In this document: piece after piece, positions 42,208 to 51,985 of the stretch
Layout: each line of letters starts with the position of its first letter
Numbering within the stretch: position 1 is the stretch's first letter
Position numbers and translations under genes: made by a program
The notes under the pieces: generated by a model
Told to the model about the DNA's origin: nothing
Databases searched by the model: none
What the model saw: the letters and a program-made list of their open reading frames with translations, nothing else
Source of the DNA: Acidocella sp.
GTDB lineage: Bacteria; Pseudomonadota; Alphaproteobacteria; Acetobacterales; Acetobacteraceae
DNA: 64,000 nt
Assembly (NCBI GenBank): GCA_027451225.1
Contig: DAIDJU010000189.1
Span: 8,289-72,288, forward strand
Direction of reading: 5' to 3'

Positions 42208-43081
42208 ATTCGGCGGCAGCGCAATAGCTTGGGCCGGCGGCGCCCCAGAGACGCATGGCATCGGCCATATCCCGCAGAAAACCGCTCAAGCGCTCCTGTA
42301 CCTGGGGAAAGCGGGCGTTGTAGGCGAATTGCCGCTCATGCATGTACAACCCGCGTGCGACTTCAAGCTGCACCACCTGCACACCCTCGCGCGGGCGGCC
42401 GTAATGGCGGGTGATGAAGCCCCCGGCATAGGGATCGTTGCGGCGGACGGAAAAGCCATGCCCGGTGAGCAGGGACTCGATATACGCGGTCCAGGCCGGC
42501 GTGCAGCTTGTGCCATGGCCGTCCCCCAGCACGATATCGGGGCGGTTGTGGCTTCGCCCGGGCGGGGTGGGCATGGAATGGCAGTCCAGCACCAGACAAT
42601 GGCCGAATTCGGCCTGGGTTTCCTCGATCAGCGTGGCCAGCGTCTCGTGGAAGGGCTGCCAGCAATTGCGCACGCGCGCCTCGGCTTCGGCAAAATTCAG
42701 CTTGCGGGCGTAAATCGGCTCGCCCGTGCCGACAATCCGCGCGATCGTCCCCAGCCCCGCCGCCACGCGCGGGCTGTGGCGGTTCACGTAATCGGGCAGT
42801 TCGTCTGCGAACATGCCGGGGTCCAACTCCCAGGGCTCGCGGTTGGCGTCGCACCAGGCGCGCGGGAATTCCGCCGCCAGCAGCGGCAGCCCCAAAGCGG
42901 GGCCAGCGCCGAACAGCTCCTCCACGAAACTGTCCTCCGAGCGGCGGATGGCCTGCGCGTCCAACCGCGCCTGGGCCAGGAATTCCTCCCCATAATACCG
43001 CCCCGAATGCGGCGAGGTAAGCACCAGAGCGGCACTCTGGCGTTTGGGCCGCAGCAATGTGAAGGGCGACAAATCTTTCAT
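42206..43081 (-). CDS. N-formylglutamate amidohydrolase family
   Basis: TSPHSGR, DANR, DCHSMP, RNDPYAGG, VQLEVAR. Confidence 0.9.
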   Translation of the reverse strand: MKDLSPFTLLRPKRQSAALVLTSPHSGRYYGEEFLAQARLDAQAIRRSEDSFVEELFGAGPALGLPLLAAEFPRAWCDANREPWELDPGMFADELPDYVNRHSPRVAAGLGTIARIVGTGEPIYARKLNFAEAEARVRNCWQPFHETLATLIEETQAEFGHCLVLDCHSMPTPPGRSHNRPDIVLGDGHGTSCTPAWTAYIESLLTGHGFSVRRNDPYAGGFITRHYGRPREGVQVVQLEVARGLYMHERQFAYNARFPQVQERLSGFLRDMADAMRLWGAAGPSYCAAAE

Positions 43082-43136
43082 GGCTCGTCCCCATTCAACC
43101 AGCCCGGGGGAGCAGGAGCAAGCTAATTGCCTGTCA

Positions 43137-44585
43137 TCACCCTCCCGCGCCGAGCAGGGCTCGGTGCAGCCGCCGCGCCATCGCCCCCATGCGGCGCGGG
43201 GCAAAAACCAGTGCCACCAAGGTGAAGGCACCGCCCGCAACCGCCACGCTCACGCCGAATTGAGCCACCAGCCCCAGCCCCGGCAACGCCCGCAGCACCG
43301 CCCAGGCCGCCAGCCTTGCCGCCGCCAGCGCCGCGGCGGGCAGGATCAGCAGCCGCAGCACCGCCCCCGCCTGACGCTCCAGCCCCTGGCGCAGCGCCAG
43401 GGCGAACAACCCCAGCCCCAGCACGCCCCGCGCCGCCAGCGCCCAGGCCAGCGCCAAAAGCCCGTAAGGAGCCGCGAACCACGCCGCGGCGGCGATGGTG
43501 GCGGCATTGGCCCAGGCATAGCGCGAGACCAGCCGCGTGCGTCCGGCGCTGGTGAGCAGCGGGTTGACCACGCTGTACAGCGCCGCCGCCGGCGCCATGA
43601 GCGTCAGCACCGCGAAGACCGGCACCGCCGCCGCCCAGCGCGGCCCGAACATCAGCAACACGATGGGCTTGGCCGCCGCCCCGCACACCGCCGCCACAAA
43701 AAAGATGACCATACTGAGCAGGTCGAGCATCTGCCGGGCGGTCTCGAAGCGCCGGGCGGAGTCATGCCGCACCGCCACCAGCACCGGCATGAACACGTTG
43801 CGCGCGGGGGTGAAGGCGATCTCCTGCAATACCTCGAACAAGCGCTGGGCGATGCGGAACTCGCCTAGCGCGACCACCGGCATGCGCAGCCCCGCCAGCA
43901 TCACATAGCCCGTGGCGGCGATGTAATCGACGAACCCGGCCTGCATCAACGGGAAGGAGAAGCGAAAGCCCTCGCGCAGCACGGGCCAGGAAGGCGGGCG
44001 CGGCGGCGCCCAGCCCGCGGCGGTGGACGCCGCCACGGCATAGAACACCACCCCCGCCATGCGCTGCGCGACGAGTGCGGCCACCCCATGCCCGGCAAAA
44101 GCGCAGGGCAGCGCCACCGCCCCGCCGATAACCGTGCCGCCCAGCGAGATCAGCCCCACCGTGCGGAAGCGGAATTGCGTGGCCAGCCGCGCCGAGGGCA
44201 CAACGAGAAACGCCGTCAGCAGCACGTTCAGCCCCATGATCCGCAGCACCGGCGCCAGCACGGGCTGGCCGTATAGCGCGGCGAATCCAGGTGCCAGGGC
44301 AAAGAGCAGCGCCATGAACAGCAGCGAGGCCAGGAACTGGCTCCAGAACGCCGCCGCCTCCACGTTCATGTCACCCGGGCTGGCCTGCACCTGCTCCCCC
44401 GCCCCGCTATTGGCGACGAGCCGCGCCAGATCGGAAATCGCGGAGGCGATGGCGATGAGCCCCACCACCGAGGCCGGCACCACGCGCAGCAGCAGCCCGA
44501 GCACGATAAAACCCAGCCCGCGCTCGGCCAGCACCGTGGCGAAGCCCCATGCCGCCCCGCGCGCCGCCCCCCGCGCCAGATTCAT
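43137..44585 (-). CDS. Wzx/MOP-family oligosaccharide flippase
   Basis: About 12 hydrophobic segments, LLMFGPRWAAAVP. Confidence 0.75.
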   Translation of the reverse strand: MNLARGAARGAAWGFATVLAERGLGFIVLGLLLRVVPASVVGLIAIASAISDLARLVANSGAGEQVQASPGDMNVEAAAFWSQFLASLLFMALLFALAPGFAALYGQPVLAPVLRIMGLNVLLTAFLVVPSARLATQFRFRTVGLISLGGTVIGGAVALPCAFAGHGVAALVAQRMAGVVFYAVAASTAAGWAPPRPPSWPVLREGFRFSFPLMQAGFVDYIAATGYVMLAGLRMPVVALGEFRIAQRLFEVLQEIAFTPARNVFMPVLVAVRHDSARRFETARQMLDLLSMVIFFVAAVCGAAAKPIVLLMFGPRWAAAVPVFAVLTLMAPAAALYSVVNPLLTSAGRTRLVSRYAWANAATIAAAAWFAAPYGLLALAWALAARGVLGLGLFALALRQGLERQAGAVLRLLILPAAALAAARLAAWAVLRALPGLGLVAQFGVSVAVAGGAFTLVALVFAPRRMGAMARRLHRALLGAGG

Positions 44586-44592
44586 GCGCGCT

Positions 44593-45825
44593 TCACCCCG
44601 CCAGCCACAGCGCCGCAAGCGCTGCCAGCAGGGCCGGCGGCATCACCACCGTGCCCAGGCGCAAAAACCGCCAGGCGGATACACTGAGCCCGTGCTTGCG
44701 CAGCGCCGTCAGCCATAGCAGCGTGGCGAGCGAGCCGGTGATGGAGAGGTTCGGGCCGAGATCCACCCCGATCAGCGCCGCGCCGGTCACGGCTGTTCCC
44801 GCCTGCCCCAGCGCATGCCCGGCCAACAGCCCCGTGGGCAGGTTGTTCACCAGATTGCTCAACCCCGCGAGCCCCAGCCCCACGGCCCAGAACCCGCCGC
44901 CCGGCGCATGCGCCACCCATTGGCCAAGCCGCCCCGCCAGTCCCAACCGGTCCAGCGCCCCGACCATCACGAACAGCCCGGCCACCAGCGGCAACACGCC
45001 CCAGGACATCTCCCGCGCCAGACGCCAAACCGGCTGGCGCGTGAACAAAGCCACCAGCGCGGCAGTACCCAGCCCGGCGCAGAGCGTCGGCAACCCCAGC
45101 CGCCAGCCCAGCCCCGAGGCGGTGAGCAGCAACCCCGCCATTCCGCCCAGCCCGGCCAGGGTCAGCTTGCCGCCGCGCGAGAGAGGGGCCACCGCCTCCG
45201 GCACCGCAAAACGCTGGCGCAGGCCGTCCCGCTGGGTGAACCAAAGCGCCAGGAAGGTGACGGCGATGGCCGCCACCGAGGCCAGCCCGAACGCCCCCAG
45301 CCAATGGCGCAAATCCGGCAAGGCTGCGCCGAACACCACGAGATTGGCGGGGTTGGAGATCGGCAGCACGAAGGAGGCGGCATTGGCGACAAAGGCGCAG
45401 ATCAGCAGATAAGGCAGCCGGTTCGCGGCCCTCACCGCCCCGGCCATGGCCGCCACGGCGGGGGTGAAGACGACGGCCGTGGCATCGTTGGAGAGAAACA
45501 CCGTGACCATCACCGCCATGGCGTAAATCAGCACGAACAGCCGCAGCGCCGAGCCATCGGCCGCGCGCGCCACCAGCCCCGCCGCCCAGGTGAACACGCC
45601 CTGGTCGGCCGCCAACTCGGCCAACAGCATCATGCCGGTGAGGAACAGATACACATCGCCCCCCTGCCCCATCGCCGCCAGCGCTGCGCGCGGCGGCAAT
45701 GCGCCACTCAACACCAGCAACACCGCCCCCGCCAGGGCGGGCACCCATTCGCGCATCCCCCAGGGCCGGATGAGCACGCACCCTAAACTGGCCAGCACCA
45801 CGCCCCATACGGCAAGCGCGCTCAT
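44593..45825 (-). CDS. ArsB/NhaD-family permease
   Basis: FLSNDATAVVFTP, ANAASFVLPISNPANL, NNLP, GPNLSITGSLATLLW. Confidence 0.85.
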   Translation of the reverse strand: MSALAVWGVVLASLGCVLIRPWGMREWVPALAGAVLLVLSGALPPRAALAAMGQGGDVYLFLTGMMLLAELAADQGVFTWAAGLVARAADGSALRLFVLIYAMAVMVTVFLSNDATAVVFTPAVAAMAGAVRAANRLPYLLICAFVANAASFVLPISNPANLVVFGAALPDLRHWLGAFGLASVAAIAVTFLALWFTQRDGLRQRFAVPEAVAPLSRGGKLTLAGLGGMAGLLLTASGLGWRLGLPTLCAGLGTAALVALFTRQPVWRLAREMSWGVLPLVAGLFVMVGALDRLGLAGRLGQWVAHAPGGGFWAVGLGLAGLSNLVNNLPTGLLAGHALGQAGTAVTGAALIGVDLGPNLSITGSLATLLWLTALRKHGLSVSAWRFLRLGTVVMPPALLAALAALWLAG

Positions 45826-46988
45826 AGCCGCGCCAGCCGGCAATAGCCCAGCGCCAGCAGCGGCAGCACCACCCCCACATCGCACAAGCCTGACCAGCCG
45901 CCATGCAGCAGCAGCGCGCCGGTAACCGCCGAACCCGCCGCCCCGCCGACGAAGAACATGGCGATGAACAGCCCGTTCAGCCGCGAGCGGAGCTCCGCCG
46001 CCTCCGCATAAATGGCCCTCTGGCCCACGATCAGGCTGGTCTGCACCCCGGCATCGAGCAGCATGGCGGCCAGGGCCAGCACCAGCGCCGAGCGCAAAAC
46101 CCCGCCCGCCCAGGCCACGCCAAACGCCACGGCGATGGAAGCCAGCCCACCATAGGTGGCGGCCCGGCCATGCCCCCGGTCGGCCAAGCTACCCGCGATG
46201 GGCGCGACCAACGCCCCCGCCGCCCCCGCCAGCCCGAACAGCGCGATGCCCCGCTGGGTGAAACCGAGATCATGCGCCAGGAACAGCGGCGCACCGGTCC
46301 AGAACAGCGAGAAGGCGGCGAAGCAGGCCGATTGCACCGCTCCACGCTGGCGCAGAATCCGCACCTTGAACGGCAAGGCGAACAGCGAGGCCAGCAGCGC
46401 GCCATAACCCTGCCGCGCATCCGGCGCGCGCCGGGGCAGCGTGCGGCGCAGCAGCAGCGCCAGCGCGGCCATCAGCCCCGCCGAGAGGAAGAACACCACC
46501 CGCCAGCCAAACGCGGCGGTAATGGCCGATGAGACCGGCCGGGCGAGCAATATGCCCATCAGCAGCCCGCTCATCACCGTGCCGACCACCCGCCCGCGCG
46601 ATTGCTCAGGCGCCATATGCGCGGCCAGCGGCACCAGCATCTGCACCGCCACCGAGGTTACCCCCACCGCCGCCCCGGCCAGCAGCATCTCCCCGCCCGA
46701 GCGCGCCAGCCCCGCCAGCAGCAGCGGCGGCATGCAGGCGGCGATGGTGCACACCACCAGCCGCCGGTTCTCCACGATGTCCCCCAACGGGACCAGCAGC
46801 AGCAGCCCCGCCGCATAGCCAAGCTGCGTGCAGCTCATGATCAGGCTCGCCGCGCGCGGGCTCATATGCACATCCGGCCCGATCAGCCCGATCAGCGGCT
46901 GCACATAATAGATATTCGCGACCACCACGGCGCAGGAGACCGCCAGCAACGCGACCATGGCCCGTCCGGGGCTTTGTGAAACTTGCAT
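45822..46988 (-). CDS. MFS transporter
   Basis: VANIYYVQP, PLGDIVENRRL, GTVMSGL, GWRVVF. Confidence 0.88.
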   Translation of the reverse strand: MQVSQSPGRAMVALLAVSCAVVVANIYYVQPLIGLIGPDVHMSPRAASLIMSCTQLGYAAGLLLLVPLGDIVENRRLVVCTIAACMPPLLLAGLARSGGEMLLAGAAVGVTSVAVQMLVPLAAHMAPEQSRGRVVGTVMSGLLMGILLARPVSSAITAAFGWRVVFFLSAGLMAALALLLRRTLPRRAPDARQGYGALLASLFALPFKVRILRQRGAVQSACFAAFSLFWTGAPLFLAHDLGFTQRGIALFGLAGAAGALVAPIAGSLADRGHGRAATYGGLASIAVAFGVAWAGGVLRSALVLALAAMLLDAGVQTSLIVGQRAIYAEAAELRSRLNGLFIAMFFVGGAAGSAVTGALLLHGGWSGLCDVGVVLPLLALGYCRLARL

Positions 46989-47070
46989 AACCCTGACTTA
47001 ACGGCGGCGAAGATTTCTGCAATGCAGGCGTGGGCGCCCATGCCGCGCCGCAGCCTGACGGGGAGACAAA

Positions 47071-47907
47071 ATGGATTTCGTGCACGCCGTATTCTTCGCG
47101 ATTCTGCAGGGGGCGACGGAGCTTTTCCCCGTCAGCAGCCTGGGCCATGCCGTGGTCGTGCCCGCCTTGCTGCATTGGGGCATCGACCAGTCCAGCCCGG
47201 ACTTCCTGCCCTTTCTGGTGATGCTGCATCTGGGCACCGCCATCGGCCTGCTCGCCTATTTCTATGCCGACTGGCTGGCCATGGCGCGCGGCGTTCTGGG
47301 CATCGGCTATCAGGCTGAAGTCGCCGCCACGCGCGACCTGCTGCTCAAGCTCGTCATCGCCACCATTCCGGCCGTGCTGATCGGCGCGGTGCTGAAGAAG
47401 CCGATCGCGCATCTCTTCGGCAATCCGCTCATCGCCTCGCTGTTTCTCGTCGCCAATGCCGGGGTGCTGCTGCTGGGCGAGCGTCTGCGCAGCCGCGCCG
47501 CCCTGCGCGGCGGGCAGCTCTCCAACCTGGACGCGCTGATCATCGGCCTGTTCCAGTGCCTCGCCTTCCTGCCCGGCATCTCGCGCTCGGGCTCGGCCAT
47601 CATCGGCGGGCTGCAGCGGGGCATCAACCACGAGGACGCGGCGCATTTCTCCTTCCTCATGGGTACGCCGGTGATCCTGGCCGCCAGCGTGGTCGAGATC
47701 CCCAAGCTGCTGCGCGCGCATGAGCTGCATGAGCTGTTCGGCGTCTCGCTGCTGGCCGCCGTGGTGGCGGGCGTGGTGGCCTACGCCAGCACGGCCTTCC
47801 TGATGCGCTATTTCAAGCAGCATGATTCCTGGGCGCTGAAGCCCTTCGCCTGGTATTGCGCGGCCTTCGGCGCGGGCAGCTTCGGCCTGCTGGCGCTGGG
47901 GCTGTAA
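47071..47907 (+). CDS. uppP: Undecaprenyl-diphosphate phosphatase
   Basis: QGATELFPVSSLGH, LPGISRSG. Confidence 0.93.
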   Translation: MDFVHAVFFAILQGATELFPVSSLGHAVVVPALLHWGIDQSSPDFLPFLVMLHLGTAIGLLAYFYADWLAMARGVLGIGYQAEVAATRDLLLKLVIATIPAVLIGAVLKKPIAHLFGNPLIASLFLVANAGVLLLGERLRSRAALRGGQLSNLDALIIGLFQCLAFLPGISRSGSAIIGGLQRGINHEDAAHFSFLMGTPVILAASVVEIPKLLRAHELHELFGVSLLAAVVAGVVAYASTAFLMRYFKQHDSWALKPFAWYCAAFGAGSFGLLALGL

Positions 47908-47911
47908 ACCC

Positions 47912-48658
47912 ATGCGCCGCCTGCTCACCGCCCTCGCCTTGGCCCTGCCTTTGGCCGCCCAGGCCAAGGTAAACCTCGCCGAAGCGCCCATCGACCGGCT
48001 GAACCTGCCCGTCTGGCACCAGCATTGGGAGGCCTCGCTGGAGGACGCCCGCACCCACCCGGACGCCAAAATCGTCTGGCTGGGCGACTCCATAACCTAT
48101 TACTGGCAGCGCCATGGCGGGCATGGGTATGACGATATCCTGCCCATCTGGAACCAGTATTATGCCCCCTACGGCGCGCTGGATTTTGGCTTCATCGGGG
48201 ACACCACCGCCAGCCTGATCTGGCGGCTGGATAACGGGCAGGTCGAGGGGCTGCACCCGCAACTCGCCATCATCCTCATCGGGGCCAACAACTTCGGCAA
48301 GGTGCATTGGGATTCGGCGATGACCATCCCCGGCATCGAGGCCGTGGTGGAGAACACGCATCGCCGCCTGCCCGGCGCGCATATCCTGCTGCTGGGCGTG
48401 CTGCCCTCCATCCGCTCACCCTGGGTGGACGCACAGACGCGGACAACCAACACCGCCCTGGCCGCGCATTACGCCGGAAGCCAGACTGTCAGCTTCATGG
48501 ATGTCGGCCATCTGCTGCAAACCGATGGGCATACCGATGCGAGCCTATTCGTGGACCCGCATCTGACCCCGCCGGAGCCGCCCTTGCACCCCGATGCCGA
48601 GGGCATGCGGCGCATCGCCGAGGCTCTGGCCCCGGTGGTGCGGGAATATGTGCGCTAA
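47912..48658 (+). CDS. Secreted SGNH/GDSL esterase
   Basis: Signal peptide, LGDSIT, GANN, DxxH-like LHP. Confidence 0.85.
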   Translation: MRRLLTALALALPLAAQAKVNLAEAPIDRLNLPVWHQHWEASLEDARTHPDAKIVWLGDSITYYWQRHGGHGYDDILPIWNQYYAPYGALDFGFIGDTTASLIWRLDNGQVEGLHPQLAIILIGANNFGKVHWDSAMTIPGIEAVVENTHRRLPGAHILLLGVLPSIRSPWVDAQTRTTNTALAAHYAGSQTVSFMDVGHLLQTDGHTDASLFVDPHLTPPEPPLHPDAEGMRRIAEALAPVVREYVR

Positions 48659-49275
48659 CCGCGTACGGCGGCGATAAACGCCCGGATCAACTCCGGGGAT
48701 TTCTTCCCCGGCGCGGTCTCCACGCCGGAGGAGACATCCACCCCCGGCGCGCCTGTCTGGGCGATGGCCTCGGCCACGTTCCCCGGGTTCAGCCCGCCCG
48801 CCAGCAACCAGGGCTTGGCGGGGCGGAAGGTGGAGAGCAGCGCCCAATCGGCCTTCACCGCGTTGCCGCCAGGCCTTGTCGCCCCCGGCGGCGGCTTGGC
48901 TTCCACCACATAGCCATCGGCATATTCGTCATCGGCGGGGAAATCCGCCGCACTTGCCACGCCGAGCTGGCGCCAGACGGGGCGACCGAACCGGTCGCGC
49001 AGCGCCGGTATGGCTGTCGCCGAGGCATGGATCTGCAATACGTCCAGCGAGACGCTTTGCAGCACCGCGTCGATCTCGTCGAAGCCGGGATTCACGAACA
49101 GCCCCACGCGCAGCGGGCCGCCCTCGGCACGGGCGGAAAGCAGCGCCGCCTCAGCCGGGGTGACATAGCGCGGCGAGGGCGGGAAAAACACAAAGCCCAG
49201 ATAATCCGCGCCCGACTGCACCGTGGCGTCGAACGCCTCGGGGCTGTTGATGCCGCAGATTTTGACCTTGGTCAC
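48655..49275 (-). CDS. trpF: Phosphoribosylanthranilate isomerase
   Basis: VKICGI, LLAGGLNPGNV, VDVSSGVE. Confidence 0.95.
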   Translation of the reverse strand: MTKVKICGINSPEAFDATVQSGADYLGFVFFPPSPRYVTPAEAALLSARAEGGPLRVGLFVNPGFDEIDAVLQSVSLDVLQIHASATAIPALRDRFGRPVWRQLGVASAADFPADDEYADGYVVEAKPPPGATRPGGNAVKADWALLSTFRPAKPWLLAGGLNPGNVAEAIAQTGAPGVDVSSGVETAPGKKSPELIRAFIAAVRG

Positions 49276-49955
49276 GCGATGCTCGCGGCGATCGCCGCCG
49301 CCGCAGCAGCCGGGTCCGCAGCCCCCGTGATCGGGCGGCCGACCACGATATAATCCGCCCCGGCGGACACGGCCTCCTCCGGCGTCATTACCCGCGCCTG
49401 ATCGCCGATTTCTGCCCCTTTGGGGCGGATGCCCGGCACGACCAGCACCGGCTTCTCGCCAAAGGCATCGCGCAGGCGGGAAATCTCATGCGCCGAACAG
49501 ACCAGCCCGTCCGCGCCGCTCTCCAGCGCGAGGCGCGCCAGACGCAGCACCTGCTGCGCCGGACCGCCGGAAACGCCGGTGGCCGCCAGGGCCTCGGTAT
49601 CCAGGCTGGTCAGCACCGTCACGGCCAGGATCTTCGGGCGCTTCGCCCCTTCCGAGGCCGCCTTCGCCGCCGCCTCGATCATTTTCGCGCCGCCACCCGC
49701 ATGGATGGTCAGCATATCCGCCCCCAGCGGCAGCAGCGAGCGCACCGCCCCCGCCACGGTGTTGGGGATGTCATGCAGTTTGAGGTCCAGGAACACCGGA
49801 TTGCCCTGCGCCGCCTGGGCAAAGCCCTGCGGCCCATGGCGGAGGAAGAATTCCAGCCCCAGCTTCACCAGCCCGCAATGCGGAGAGAGGCCGCGCACAA
49901 GCTCTTGCGCCCGGTCCAGCTCGGGCGTGTCGATCGCGGCGATAAGTCGTTTCAT
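49272..49955 (-). CDS. pyrF: Orotidine-5'-phosphate decarboxylase
   Basis: DLKLHDIPNT, VTVLTS, PGIRP, VGRPI. Confidence 0.95.
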   Translation of the reverse strand: MKRLIAAIDTPELDRAQELVRGLSPHCGLVKLGLEFFLRHGPQGFAQAAQGNPVFLDLKLHDIPNTVAGAVRSLLPLGADMLTIHAGGGAKMIEAAAKAASEGAKRPKILAVTVLTSLDTEALAATGVSGGPAQQVLRLARLALESGADGLVCSAHEISRLRDAFGEKPVLVVPGIRPKGAEIGDQARVMTPEEAVSAGADYIVVGRPITGAADPAAAAAAIAASIA

Positions 49956-50230
49956 GGTGTATCCTGTGTCGGGGGAAGCTGCGCTTCCAGTTCGGCCACG
50001 CGCTTCTCCGCGCGCTTGGCCCGGCGGCTGACGCGGAAGCGGTGGGGCAGATGAAAGATCAGCCCGGCGACAAAGCCGATGCCCAACGCGCCGACCAGCA
50101 CGCCGCCCAGGGGCAAAGGCATGCCGCCGAACGGCCAGAAACTCACCGGAGTGAAATCGCGGTTGGAGAGCAGCAGGATCACCAGCGCGACGACAAGAAC
50201 AAAGCCGGCGATGGTTTTGAGAATAGTCAG
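49952..50230 (-). CDS. LapA-family small membrane protein
   Basis: Two TM segments plus coiled tail between ihfB and pyrF; start uncertain (CTG 50230 or GTG 50182). Confidence 0.7.
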   Translation of the reverse strand: MTILKTIAGFVLVVALVILLLSNRDFTPVSFWPFGGMPLPLGGVLVGALGIGFVAGLIFHLPHRFRVSRRAKRAEKRVAELEAQLPPTQDTP

Positions 50231-50553
50231 CTTTCCGCTCCGACATTCTTTTTGCCCTTGGCCGGGGCGGGTGCGGGCTTGTTGATGCGCTCGCGCAGCT
50301 CCTTGCCGGCTTTGAAGAAGGGCACGGATTTTTGCGCCACCTGCACTGTCTCGCCAGTGCGCGGGTTGCGCCCGGCGCGGGCCTGGCGGCTCTTCACGGT
50401 AAAGGCGCCGAAGCCGCGCAGCTCCACACGCTCGCCGCGCGCTAACGCGGCTGTCATTTCATCGAACAGCGCGGATACGATGCGCTCAACCTCGGCCACG
50501 GTCAGATGAGGGTTATCTTCCGCCAGCCCGGCGATTAGTTCAGAACGTGTCAT
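50227..50553 (-). CDS. ihfB: Integration host factor beta
   Basis: [35 protein letters not shown]. Confidence 0.93.
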   Translation of the reverse strand: MTRSELIAGLAEDNPHLTVAEVERIVSALFDEMTAALARGERVELRGFGAFTVKSRQARAGRNPRTGETVQVAQKSVPFFKAGKELRERINKPAPAPAKGKKNVGAES

Positions 50554-50647
50554 AAAGCCCTCCCACCCCGCGTAACGATGCCAAAACCGCGGCGGCGGGT
50601 CAATAAACGATTGCCATAGGTAGGTTTTTCCGCACGAAGGGGATTGC

Positions 50648-50801
50648 GGAGCCGCCCTGGCCGTTGGCGTGTACATCCTCCCAAGGCCTGCTTGTGCAGG
50701 TGGGCGCCAGATAACCGGACCAATGGCCCGGCCAGAGCCAGCTCCCGAGGGAGATGCTTAACGGCCCTGGGGATGATTTGCCTGACGAACCGGGCAGCTC
50801 C
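50648..50801 (-). ncRNA. ssrS: 6S RNA
   Basis: Closing stem GGAGCTGCCC / GGGCGGCTCC, internal GGGAGCTG..GGCGCCCACCT typical of alphaproteobacterial 6S, directly behind zapA. Confidence 0.8.
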
Positions 50802-50854
50802 AGCCTTCTACTTAGGCGCGGAGCGCCAGCGGCGCAATGTGTTCCGTGCGCGGG

Positions 50855-51196
50855 TCAGCCGTCCAAAAGGTCGGCGGCGATCTCTTCCGCCCGGGCGGCC
50901 ACGCGGCGCAGCCGGGCGCGGCGCTGCTCGTCGGCGGGGGCTGGTTTGGCGGCCTGCGCCTCGGCCACCCGGAGCTCGGCGGCGGCCAGCGCGCTGCGCA
51001 GGTCGTGCAGTTCGTCGGCCAGCAGCAGCGAGGCCAGCATCAGCAGCCGCGCCTCGCCGGACTGCCCGCCAATCGCCTTGATGCTGGTGATCCGCTGTTC
51101 GATCTCGCTGGCCATCTGGCCAAGATGCTCTTCCTGCCCGTCCTCGCAGCCGACGGTGTAGGCGAAACCGTTTATGCGTATGGTGACCTGGGCCAT
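50855..51196 (-). CDS. zapA: Cell division protein ZapA
   Basis: VTIRING..CEDGQEEHL..LMLASLLLADEL. Confidence 0.9.
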   Translation of the reverse strand: MAQVTIRINGFAYTVGCEDGQEEHLGQMASEIEQRITSIKAIGGQSGEARLLMLASLLLADELHDLRSALAAAELRVAEAQAAKPAPADEQRRARLRRVAARAEEIAADLLDG

Positions 51197-51200
51197 GGCG

Positions 51201-51392
51201 TCACTCCGTCGTTTCGGGCGGGGGGACCTCATCGAACGTTGCGCGCAGGCGCGTGATCACCTGATCCAGCCCCTCGGCCAGCACGGCGCGGTCGAGGGCC
51301 TCACCGCCAGCAGGCTTGGACAGGCTGGCGATCTTACGCAGCGCGGCTTCGATACGGTCCAGGATTTCGTCTTCTGATTCAGACTCAGACAT
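51201..51392 (-). CDS. Small helical protein upstream of zapA
   Basis: 63 aa amphipathic ORF ending 4 bp before zapA. Confidence 0.6.
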   Translation of the reverse strand: MSESESEDEILDRIEAALRKIASLSKPAGGEALDRAVLAEGLDQVITRLRATFDEVPPPETTE

Positions 51393-51464
51393 GCGACTAT
51401 AGAACATGACCGCGCCGTGAGCGGTCAAGGCAAGGTTTAATGTCCCGAACATGATTGCATCGCA

Positions 51465-51869
51465 ATGAGTTTGCCTCCCGCGGTCATCGTGCATGGGTTG
51501 CCCGACCTTCATGCCGCCCTGGCCCCCGGCCTTCCCGTCACCCTGCTCTCCGCCCCTGGTGCCGCGTTGTATGCGGGCGGGCTGTGGTGGCGCGAAGTGC
51601 TGGCGGCGGCGGACTATACCGGCCCGGCGCTGCTCGATTGCGGCCCCGCCCCCGGCCGCGCCTGGGAGGCGCTGAAGCTCGGCCTGCCCGGCGCGATACT
51701 CGCCCCCTGCCCGGCCTGGGACCAGGTGGCAGACTACGCCGCCACGCAAGGCGCGCTGCTGCTCCCCGCCCCGCCTCCGGCGCTGGATTTGGCCGCTGCC
51801 GGGGCGGGCAAACGACTTACGGCGTGGCTGACCGGGGATTTTTTGCATATTCACGCCCCGGCACCATGA
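51465..51869 (+). CDS. Hypothetical protein
   Basis: 134 aa ORF with host-like codon use upstream of aldolase. Confidence 0.6.
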   Translation: MSLPPAVIVHGLPDLHAALAPGLPVTLLSAPGAALYAGGLWWREVLAAADYTGPALLDCGPAPGRAWEALKLGLPGAILAPCPAWDQVADYAATQGALLLPAPPPALDLAAAGAGKRLTAWLTGDFLHIHAPAP

Positions 51870-51985
51870 TTTGGCCGCATTTTTTGAGCTTTTGTGCCGT
51901 CACAACGCTCCAAAAGGGCGGATGACATCCGCCGAGCCATCGGCTACAGGGCGCACGGTTACATTTAATCATAGGTTGGGAAAAA

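Noticed and set aside
44593-45825. Arsenic resistance operon
   Set aside because: No arsR, arsC or arsH nearby; the family includes other ion permeases
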